20,000 nt of DNA from Coniocarpon cinnabarinum (taxonomy: Eukaryota), in contig JAVECO010000018.1 of assembly GCA_051942205.1 (NCBI GenBank), forward strand, positions 175,263 to 195,262, written 5' to 3'. The notes beneath the pieces were generated by a model. The model worked only from the letters and a program-made list of their open reading frames with translations, had not been told where the DNA came from and ran no database searches. This document shows positions 1 through 8,051 of this stretch, in pieces. Position numbers and translations under genes: made by a program. Every line of letters starts with the position of its first letter. The first letter of the stretch is position 1.

Positions 1-774
1 AACGCGAGAGGAAGTGGCGTCGTGTGAGACAATGCGCGCGTCTGTGCGGTGAGAAACAGCGACAAATAGCCAAGGCCGGAGAAGGAAAGGGACGAATGCC
101 CTGAAGGGAAGGAGCGCCATCCATCGTGCAATAAATGCCCGTTCGTGGTGCAGACTTCGACTCCCACTAAGGCGTCCCTATCGATACTCTCGTCAGGTCG
201 GCAGCGAGCTAGAAGATCAGGCCGCGGGCGCCCGACACTATTCTTAATCACGTCCGTGACTAGTCCCGTAGCGAGGATACTGAGTCCTAGCCCGAGAAGT
301 GAGACGTGAAGTGTATGACCGCCGAGGCGCGCGATCAGGATCCAGAAGATGATTATAACGAGAGGGAGGACAACGCCGTAGAGGAAGAGGAAGAGGGGTG
401 TGATTGTTTCGGGATCAGCGTGGGGATATTGGATTGTTGGGTCGGAGAGGCGGATGAGGCGGTAGTGGGGGGTTAGGAAAAGTTGGGTGAGGATGTTAAG
501 CGTTAACAGAGTTATGAGCGTGAGATGATGCGTCGCGTAAGTGCGCTAGACGGGATGTTAGTATTGTAGGACGGGACATCGTGGTTGGTCTAGTGAGAGA
601 TGGACGTTTTGGGAGCGATATGCGAGGGGAGTGCAATGAGATGCATGCGGAGGGGTTGGATGTTGGATTCGAGATGTTGGATTTGAGATGGTGGAGAGAA
701 GGGTGTAAACTTACTTGCCAGAAGCGCGCGACTGTACCGACGCAGTCGCGGCGGGTGAGGAGGGATGCGGACAT
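1..774 (-). CDS. PAP2-superfamily lipid phosphate phosphatase (diacylglycerol pyrophosphate phosphatase DPP1/LPP1-like), 3' end outside the window; exons 774-715 and 545-<1
   Basis: Manual translation. Exon 1 MSASLLTRRDCVGTVARFWQ is followed by GTAAGT. After a TACTAAC...CTAG acceptor the frame stays open to the window edge: RTYATHHLTL...DPTIQYPHADPETIT...TDVIKNSVGRPRPDLLARC...HDGWRSFPSGHSSLSFSGLGYLSLFL. It carries PAP2 motif C1 KxxxxxxRP (K at 245-243), motif C2 PSGH (107-96) and hydrophobic TM segments. It is absent from the ORF track because no stop falls inside the window. Confidence 0.92.
546..714 (-). other. Spliceosomal intron (169 nt, phase 0) of the PAP2 gene
   Basis: Donor GTAAGT at 714, branch TACTAAC about 11 nt before acceptor CTAG at 546. 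Splicing joins FWQ|RTYA in frame. Confidence 0.88.
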
Positions 775-1315
775 GTTCTGCTTCTGTGCGCCTCCAGGGC
801 GGGTTGCAAAATATGGTGATCGTCACCGTTGGTGGTGACGAGGTGGTTGAAGACCAATGTTGCAACACGCTAAGTCTTGAAACCTGGGGTAGATGACGCT
901 AGGCCAGATATAGATTCTGTGCCTTTCTCCTTGCACATTTCTCTCTACCTGCCGACGACATTGCGTGTCTTCGTCTTTTAGTTAAATGGAGACCAGCTGT
1001 CTGACGGACTTACAGACTAGAGTGCGATCATTCGTTTTTCAAGTACCTGTGAGTATTCGGAACGTTCTTCTCAATAGACAGACACTATGATGATTTGCAT
1101 TTTTTGTTTCAACCCCATATGATCTGTGTGATTATGACATTGCATCAATACATTCGCAATACTTCTGAAAAACGCATTTGCGCTATTTATGCACCTCCAG
1201 AAGGTCAAAAAGAGCTGACTCGCTTCTTTGCAGATGAAATCATAGCATGAGACTTGTTTTTTAAGGGATGGATTCGTGTTTGAAGCGCAATCGCAGACAC
1301 GTTGACGTGTTCCTG

Positions 1316-2180
1316 CTAGACTTGTGTCGGAGAAAGTACATGACCGATCAACTCTATTCTCTCTATTTCCACTGGGCTCTCTGTATTCTTCCCTCTATCG
1401 TTTCAACTGCTGAACGTGGGTCTTTTTAGTAGTGTATTTCATTCCATCATGGAGGCAGCATACTCGCGCTCTGTCTCAGGCTTTGGAATCGTATTTCAGC
1501 CGTCGACCCGCAAGTCGAAAATTTGTGATCTTAATTCGAAGGTGTACCTAAGAGACCCAGCCGTTTTCTCGTTGGTGTTGCGATTCTTGATAAAAAGACT
1601 AAGCCTGCGATCTTTCAAAAAAGCGTGCAATGCGTCTCGAGAGCCATGAAAATCTTGGCCCAGTACTTGTAGCCAATAGAAGGTTCAGAAAAGGCTGAGC
1701 CTCATCCTTTCTTCCGCTCATCTTCTTGGTCATGTTCAATGCACTTCCGCAACGCGGTCGAGTAGCGTAAGTAGTAGTATCTTAATATACCTTATTCTGT
1801 TGTTCAATACACCCTCGAAAGCTTCACCTAGCTTCACACGATACATGCGAGTAGGGAAGCGCTGTCTGATGTCTAATACTGCCACCGTATAAGCGTGGGC
1901 TCAGAAGAGCTTGTTCACACCAAACAAAGTAGAGTGCTCAAGCTGTGGCATAAGGAAGACACTGTGGCGAGATCTGTATTGAGAAGACAGTAGTACTATG
2001 ATATCTATTCACAGGTCGGTCCGTCTCTATGGAGTGCTTGGCTGAGCCCGGAGTCTCCATCTAGTCCAACGACCAGCGTCCTGAGTGCGTTGACATAGCT
2101 AGTAGCTTCTAGAAGCTTCATTCATCTATGATGCCGTCATTGTAGAGATGACCAGGGGGGTGTGTATCTTGACTGGGCAT
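1316..2180 (-). pseudogene. Possible decayed coding remnant between the PAP2 gene and BFR2
   Basis: Minus-strand stretches read like protein but are broken by stops and frame changes (e.g. TSYVNALRTLVVGLDGDSGLSQALHRDGPTCE*, YYYLRYSTALRKCIEHDQEDERKKG*, KDPRSAVETIEGRIQRAQWK*). No family was recognised. Confidence 0.3.
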
Positions 2181-2364
2181 GCTCAAGAGCTGGGCTCTCT
2201 TGATAATACTCGACGCGATATGGCCGAATTTGAGCTATTCTTTAGCTTGGGTTTGAAGAGGTGGATATCGTATTCCACAAGCAGTGTAAGATTAAGCCTC
2301 TGCGTACTAAGCTAGGAACGGCTATAGCAGTAACCACTGTGGAATGACTTGGTGCAGGGCATCA

Positions 2365-3918
2365 TCAGCTTCTAAATAGCCTCAACGCTCCTTCAGCCTC
2401 GTTCTCACCCTCTCCAATTCCTCCATTGACCTCCTTTCCACCCTCGTTCCTCGCCCCAAACAAACTAGCAAACAACTCACCCCTCTGCCTCTCACCCCAA
2501 TTCCCTCGATCGTCGGGCACCATGAAATTCACCAACTTCTCATGCACTGTATATCGCATCTTCCTCCCCTTGCTTGCCCTCGTGTCCACCGCCTTCTTGG
2601 TCGCTGCAGACTTCTGACTCGCGTTGCGATATTCCGCCTCAAGGTCCTGCGCCGTCGTGCTCGGTCTTTGGGGAAGTGTTTGGGGAGTCGTGGACGAGGC
2701 TGTAGATTGGGACTGCCGCCGTGAAATGAGGTCTTTTAGGAGACTGCTGTAGAAGTCGGCGTCGTCGTAGATGTCTCTGACGCCTTCGTCTGCTGGTGCC
2801 TCGTCGGTGTCGTCGTGTCGGCGTGCGCGCCGCTCTGCGACGTAGGTCTTCGCTTGTACGGGCGCGGCGCTACGTGGGATTCTAGTCTTCTTGACGAGTC
2901 GATCTGGATCCGCGAGATGGCCGTCTAGCACGTCGAGGAGTGTCATTTCCGCCTGTCGAGACAAGGAGTTACCGAAACTCGACTTTGTGAGCTTGGAGGC
3001 GGTCGATGATGTCTTCTCTGACCATTTCGCAAGCGTAGCTCGGCGCTGAGGCAGCGATGCTCTTTCAAGATCCTGCATGTGTGTCCAAATCTCTCCTACT
3101 GATGCGGCTGCGGTGGGCCGCTTGCGCTTTGTGCCGGTCTTTGCATCTAGCAATGAGCACCGCAAAGTATCAAGCTGGCTCCACAGCCTCCTCGCTGCAT
3201 CTTCTGCACTTTGTGCGGCGGCTTGGATCTCTGTCGTCGGTGTCCGCTCTCTCACCGTTGGTAATGTATTCATGGCGACGAGCGCATTTTGCATGCGGAT
3301 GCGCGAAGTGAGGAGTGCATCGAAAGTGCGCTGTTGCTTTTGTACAGCTTGACCTTTCTGTGCGTCGGCGCGCTGAGACGCCGCCAGAGATGTAGAGATG
3401 GTTGAAGATTCATTCACAAGAAGCGCCTTGAGGCGTGCGGTGTCCGCACGATCACGGGCTTCGTTCGCGGTTGATCGTAGGTCATGCTCCTCATCAGAAT
3501 CGCTGCGCATGTCCTCCATGTCCTCGTCTCCGCTTGGAGGTGAACCGCTGTCTTCAGATGCTGCTACCCCATCCTTGTCGAGATTGTCTGACTCGTCGTG
3601 CTCTCGAGCATTAAGCTCATCGCTCTCTTCGTCGCTTCCATACGCGGCGAAAGGATCATGTTGATCTTCCTCTTCTTCAATGCCCTTCCTTCGCACCTTC
3701 GACCCCGCATACTGTGTGCCTAACGTCACCGGGTCGCGGCCTCTCAATTTGCTTTTGTTGATGTTCTCATAGTGCTCACGGCCGGTAAAGCCATTGACGC
3801 CTTCATTCTCTGGTTCTGATCCAGAAGATTCTTCATATTCAGGAAGGTCGTCTTCTGGGTCGAAGTCAGGCATTCGAACGCCGTTCGTCTTAACTTTTGA
3901 CCTATCGTCCTGCCTCAT
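2365..3918 (-). CDS. BFR2: Bfr2/AATF (TRAUB-domain) 90S pre-ribosome / SSU processome factor, about 517 aa, apparently intronless
   Basis: Acidic N-terminus with DFDPED and GREHY motifs; AATF region KGQAVQKQQRTFDALLTSRIRMQNAL; IYDDADFYSSLLKDLI; C-terminal TRAUB signature VDTRASKGRKMRYTVHEKLVNFMVP...ELFASLFG; ends LRLFRS. The ORF-track start at 3939 is a GTG; the first ATG is at 3918 (alternative 3873). Confidence 0.93.
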   Translation of the reverse strand: MRQDDRSKVKTNGVRMPDFDPEDDLPEYEESSGSEPENEGVNGFTGREHYENINKSKLRGRDPVTLGTQYAGSKVRRKGIEEEEDQHDPFAAYGSDEESDELNAREHDESDNLDKDGVAASEDSGSPPSGDEDMEDMRSDSDEEHDLRSTANEARDRADTARLKALLVNESSTISTSLAASQRADAQKGQAVQKQQRTFDALLTSRIRMQNALVAMNTLPTVRERTPTTEIQAAAQSAEDAARRLWSQLDTLRCSLLDAKTGTKRKRPTAAASVGEIWTHMQDLERASLPQRRATLAKWSEKTSSTASKLTKSSFGNSLSRQAEMTLLDVLDGHLADPDRLVKKTRIPRSAAPVQAKTYVAERRARRHDDTDEAPADEGVRDIYDDADFYSSLLKDLISRRQSQSTASSTTPQTLPQRPSTTAQDLEAEYRNASQKSAATKKAVDTRASKGRKMRYTVHEKLVNFMVPDDRGNWGERQRGELFASLFGARNEGGKEVNGGIGEGENEAEGALRLFRS

Positions 3919-4326
3919 CCTGGGAAATCTGATCCACACGACCGACAGTCTGTACTCAATGTCGTCCGCTTGAAATAGATTTCAGTTCATTTATTATACT
4001 ATAAAGAAATCAATGTCCTCGCGAAAAGCTGCCCTCCGGACTTAAGACGGAGATAGCTACGCGGGCTCGGCTGTTCTTTCCTGGGCAACAGCAACGTCAG
4101 CGTCCCCTCCAGAGCCTTAAGCCGATACTCCGTCCTGTACAGCAGCACAAGACGACTCCCCTGCACAAGTCGAACGTACAAAGCGCTACCGAAGCTTCGA
4201 TACCTTATATTAGAGCTCGTTCGAGCATAGCCCTCAGGCTTGCACAAAGACAAGCATAAAGTCTGGCACATCAGCGCCTGTTACGACAACGTGATTCCCG
4301 CAAGCACTCATACACCAGGCCTCCGA

Positions 4327-5649
4327 ATGGACGTCGCCTACGACGCTGTCCAAAAAGAGTCCTACCCGCCCTCTAAACCAGCGACTCCCGACCCCTCCTC
4401 CACCGCCAACTCCAGAAATCCTTCCGCCGAGTCCGGGACTACCAGACACGGCCGCAGCACGTCCATCTCTCAGGAGCTTCGTGAAACCTATCGTGACTTC
4501 TCTTCCTCGACTTGGGGCGCTAAGTTCGGAGGCTGGTGGAATACTGCAAAGACACAGGGACAGTCGTACTTAGAGACTGCTCGGGAGCAAGGACAGAGCT
4601 ATTATGAGGCTGCACGAACGGAGTTCAATGCGGCGAGTGAGTCTGCAACGGGTGCGGCGGACTTGACCGGTAATGCAGGTTTGGTTGCTGCAGGCCGGTC
4701 TGAGAGCCAGGAGCGGAAGCAGACCACTAGCGAAGATGAGAAAAAGGCGGAGACTCCAAGGCAAGGGGACAAGACAGATGTACCAGAGAATCTGGGCAAA
4801 GATATCGTCAAAGAGGCAGGCAGCCTGCTCAGCGGGTTTCAGCTAATGGCTGGCGAGCGGCTGAAACAAGTTCAAGCTGCAGAAGACGCCGCAGACGAGG
4901 CACTGGTGAAGTTTGGCACGAACCTGCGGAAATACCTCAAAGACGCTGTGACTGTCACAGCCCCGGAGGGTGGAACCGAGGGCAGCGTCAAGAATGTCCT
5001 GTTCGAGAGCAAAGACCAAGAAGGGCGACGAGTAGTGCACGCCACGAGGTTCGAGGCACAGCTGCACGTCATACATACCAACCTAGAAAACTTCACCACA
5101 GACCCAGACAGCGGCGAGTTCGCCAAATGGAAGACCGGCTTCAACGTCGACAAAATGACCGACGCAATTGCCCGAGATCTCGCCAAGTACGAGGAGCTGC
5201 AACGCTCAATGGAGAGGCTCGTGCCCGAAAAGGTGGAATACGCAACCTTCTGGACACGCTACTACTTCCTGCGTCACGTCGTCGAAGAGCAAGAACAGAA
5301 GCGACGAGAGCTACTCAAGGGCGCCGAGAACGAAGAGGAAGTTAAGTGGGATGACGACGACGACGACGACGACGATGAAGAGCAGCAGCAGACGAAAGCG
5401 CCCGCGACACCGAAACTCGGCGCAAAGACGGATGTTGGCGCTGAGACGCCGAAGCGGTCGGAGAAGCAGAGAGAAGAGGATTTGTTGAGGCCGGCGGAGA
5501 GTCGGCGGTCGAACGAGCAGAGCGTGGCGGATAGCGACACTAGTTATGATATGGTGAGTGGAGCGACGAGTCGAGGCAGTGGGAGTCCAAAGGACGAGAA
5601 GGAGCGGAAAATGAAGGCGGAGCAGAGTGATGACGAGGATTGGGAATGA
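4327..5649 (+). CDS. DOS2: BSD-domain protein (Dos2-like), about 440 aa, intronless
   Basis: The start MDVAYD at ATG 4327 resembles fungal orthologue starts (ORF-track start 4240 is TTG). Contains TRFEAQLHVIHT...FTTDP and the BSD core LAKYEELQRSMERLVPEKVEYATFWTRYYFLRHVVEEQEQKRRELLKG. Followed by EEEVKWDDDD, SDTSYDMVSG and the terminal SDDEDWE. Confidence 0.85.
   Translation: MDVAYDAVQKESYPPSKPATPDPSSTANSRNPSAESGTTRHGRSTSISQELRETYRDFSSSTWGAKFGGWWNTAKTQGQSYLETAREQGQSYYEAARTEFNAASESATGAADLTGNAGLVAAGRSESQERKQTTSEDEKKAETPRQGDKTDVPENLGKDIVKEAGSLLSGFQLMAGERLKQVQAAEDAADEALVKFGTNLRKYLKDAVTVTAPEGGTEGSVKNVLFESKDQEGRRVVHATRFEAQLHVIHTNLENFTTDPDSGEFAKWKTGFNVDKMTDAIARDLAKYEELQRSMERLVPEKVEYATFWTRYYFLRHVVEEQEQKRRELLKGAENEEEVKWDDDDDDDDDEEQQQTKAPATPKLGAKTDVGAETPKRSEKQREEDLLRPAESRRSNEQSVADSDTSYDMVSGATSRGSGSPKDEKERKMKAEQSDDEDWE
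5350..5376 (+). repeat. GAT(GAC)7GAT trinucleotide tract encoding poly-Asp9
   Basis: Read directly from the sequence, inside the BSD gene. Confidence 0.9.
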
Positions 5650-5834
5650 TGTGCCACACATCCTTGAAATTGAAAAGGTTCTGTCCATGGCTTTCATAGG
5701 TAGCATTGGCGCTCATATTGTCCAGGTCATGTAACATGAATTCAACGCCGATATGACGGTACTTGATCTAACGCTCAGATCCATCCCAACGCCCGCTACG
5801 CATTAGCCAATCACTTCATCAACTACTTCGTCAA

Positions 5835-7442
5835 TCAGCACAAGTTTCGTCCACTCTCCACAGCCAACCTCTCAAGATACGTCCTCAAACTCGAGTACGC
5901 AAACGTCTTGCAATCTGCGCTCCCCAAACACCTGACAAGCACCCACTCCATCTCTCCAAAGTCCTCCTTGCTTCCAGCGAACGCCTCCATGGCTCTCTGC
6001 ATGCTCTTTCGGCCCGTTTTATTCGCATACTCCATAATCTCAAAGTACACGTCCTTGGCCTTGTTCACGACCTTGGGCGGCACCAACCACAGGGAATCGC
6101 AGTCCGCCTTGCCGATCTCGAGGACGCGGTGGAGCAAAGGCAGGACTTCGCGCGGCTCCGACAGCGGTCGACCGTTCATGGTGGGCTTCTTGCCGTTCAT
6201 CATGGGCATGACGGAGTCGAGGAGGTCGCGCGGGATCTCGAGCATGTCCAGGGGAAACGTCGAGGCGGTGTCGACCCATTTGATGTCCTCGGCGGCGTAG
6301 AGGGCCTCTGTGGGGAAAGCGCCGTTGTAGATTCCGAATTCGCACTTGTCGTCTGTAGCGTTGAGACCGAAGCCGTTGCTCACTTGGAGGAACTGCTTGA
6401 AGTCGGTAGGGAGCGCGGTGCCGAGACGCTTTTCCAGTGCCGAGAGCGTGGCCTTGTCGGCTGGCTCCTTGAAGAGCGTGGGGATCCTGCCCGTCAGCTC
6501 GATGTCGTCGCCCCAGTATTGGTCGCAGCCGGAGCTCATGGAGTTGTCGTTGCAGACGTTGAGAAGGTAGCGCATCGGCGTCGCGGCGTAAGCGTTGGGC
6601 GAGGGACGACCGTGTTGCATGCGTTCGCGGAGCGCATAGAGGACGAAGCGGGCCTTGGTGTGGACGGTGTCCTTGTCGAGATCGAGGACGAAGCGCAATC
6701 CACCGTCTGCGAAGAGGGGCAAAGCATATGCGGCGCCCACGAGGTGCTCGATGAAGATCTTGAGGTCCGCGTATTCTTGCCCGTCTTGCAGGTGGCTGAA
6801 GCGGTCTGCGACAAGGCGCAGGATGTCGTATGTCATTTGGTCGCGTACGGTCTTGGGAAAATCGGCGCTATCCTTGACCATGTCGAAAAGACTGGAGTCG
6901 CTGATGCTATCAGCGGCGCCACCAGCTTGCTCATTGACCTCGAGCTTGACCTTCATCCATTCGAGACTGTCGCGTTGAGTGCCCTCGCCGGCGAGCTTGG
7001 CGGAGATGTCGAGGGCTTTGGCGAGGGCGTGGCACTCCTCGCGGCGGTGGATGCCATACAGTGGCTTCTCATGGTAGCGTTCGATCAACTCAAGAAGTGC
7101 GTCAAGACCGTAAGCGTCGTAGGTGCGATCTTCAGGCTTGATCGAGGGTGGCCAGTCAGTCGTCGCGCGAGACTGGAGATTGCCTAAGAACGAAGGATCT
7201 TGGTACTGCTCAGGGCACCCTTCAGGCCACTTGCCAGTGGCGTGCCAGACGAGGTCCAGTGAGCGGCCAGCGACGCCATCGTCAGTTGTCGGCGGTGCAA
7301 GGTAGAAGAGTGCCATCAGTTGACGAGCCATGGCGATCTCGCCAAGGACAGCGAGCTCGTATGCATACTTGTGACACGCAGCTTCAATGCTTACAAGGGA
7401 AGGGTCTTCGAGGATTCTTCGACGGTTTATGTCGAGGACCAT
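5835..7442 (-). CDS. SMI1/KNR4 (SUKH superfamily) domain-containing protein, 535 aa, intronless
   Basis: The C-terminal half has the SMI1/KNR4 signature PA(x)7LEKRLGTALPTDFKQFLQVSNGF and ends in YSSLRTYLE, typical of the final helix of SUKH domains. Strong GC3 codon bias; ATG in good context (AAGATGG). The N-terminal ~300 aa are not recognised. Confidence 0.8.
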   Translation of the reverse strand: MVLDINRRRILEDPSLVSIEAACHKYAYELAVLGEIAMARQLMALFYLAPPTTDDGVAGRSLDLVWHATGKWPEGCPEQYQDPSFLGNLQSRATTDWPPSIKPEDRTYDAYGLDALLELIERYHEKPLYGIHRREECHALAKALDISAKLAGEGTQRDSLEWMKVKLEVNEQAGGAADSISDSSLFDMVKDSADFPKTVRDQMTYDILRLVADRFSHLQDGQEYADLKIFIEHLVGAAYALPLFADGGLRFVLDLDKDTVHTKARFVLYALRERMQHGRPSPNAYAATPMRYLLNVCNDNSMSSGCDQYWGDDIELTGRIPTLFKEPADKATLSALEKRLGTALPTDFKQFLQVSNGFGLNATDDKCEFGIYNGAFPTEALYAAEDIKWVDTASTFPLDMLEIPRDLLDSVMPMMNGKKPTMNGRPLSEPREVLPLLHRVLEIGKADCDSLWLVPPKVVNKAKDVYFEIMEYANKTGRKSMQRAMEAFAGSKEDFGEMEWVLVRCLGSADCKTFAYSSLRTYLERLAVESGRNLC

Positions 7443-7952
7443 CTTGAAATAATGAAAGAGAGCGTTTTTGATGGAATCAATGAAAGCTTAACGACTGGAG
7501 ATATTGAATCTTGGTAATGATGTGTTGCAAATTACAATAAAGGAAAGGCAGATAAAGTCAAAGGCCTATGGAGTGAGGGAACGGGGGATAGTCTATATAA
7601 CACCTGTCTCTTAAGCGCTCTGTAACAGGATCAAGAACACGTTTGCACGGGCATTCAAGAACCCGCAGCAAGCCATCTCAAGGGCCAGCTGTCTGTGATC
7701 ATGGTGCGTAGGAACGTTTCGGCTGAGGCCCGAAGAGGGTGGTGGCCCCACGATCACTGCGAACAGGTGGCAGTTTCATCCCTCGATATGTCACTAAATC
7801 TTCACATATCACAGGCGAGAGCACGGTCAATCGGCAAGGAGAGCCAGCATCTCGTCAGCGTCGGGTGGGAAGTGTTTGGCGTTGTTGTCATGCGTTTGCA
7901 TATGGTGTTCATGAGTTATAGGAAGGAGGAAATATATGTCGCAGAAGAAAGT

Positions 7953-7993
7953 CGCGTTGCAACGCGTCTTTATAGAAGCAATGACGTCACGTG
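7953..7993. promoter_or_regulatory. Cluster of palindromic elements in the divergent SUKH-gene/IND1 promoter: CGCGTTGCAACGCG, ACGCGT, TGACGTCA (CRE/ATF) overlapping TCACGTG (bHLH E-box)
   Basis: Perfect 14-bp palindrome at 7953-7966, ACGCGT at 7962-7967, TGACGTCA at 7982-7989 and TCACGTG at 7987-7993, all 60-100 nt upstream of the IND1 ATG. Function is inferred from consensus only. Confidence 0.4.
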
Positions 7994-8051
7994 TTGCTTG
8001 CAATCATTTCGAAGGATGGTATCAAGTCTCTGAAAAGCCTTCACGAAGATT

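Noticed and set aside
496..579. Small ORF MSRPTILTSRLAHLRDASSHAHNSVNA, superficially like the fungal arginine attenuator peptide uORF (MNGRPSVFTS...LNA)
   Set aside because: It straddles the branch site and acceptor of the PAP2 intron and overlaps exon 2 out of frame. It lacks the conserved DY...W core, and the gene is not arg-2/CPA1.
3919..3939. ORF-track N-terminal extensions of BFR2 (3939), BSD gene (4240), MED7 (11981) and YRB30 (16669)
   Set aside because: These begin at GTG/TTG. In this eukaryote the downstream ATGs fit the expected N-termini.
6129..7187. 352-aa plus-strand ORF antisense to the SUKH gene
   Set aside because: It is codon-aligned with the sense gene and starts at GTG. 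High GC3 (few TTA/CTA/TCA codons) explains it as a shadow ORF.
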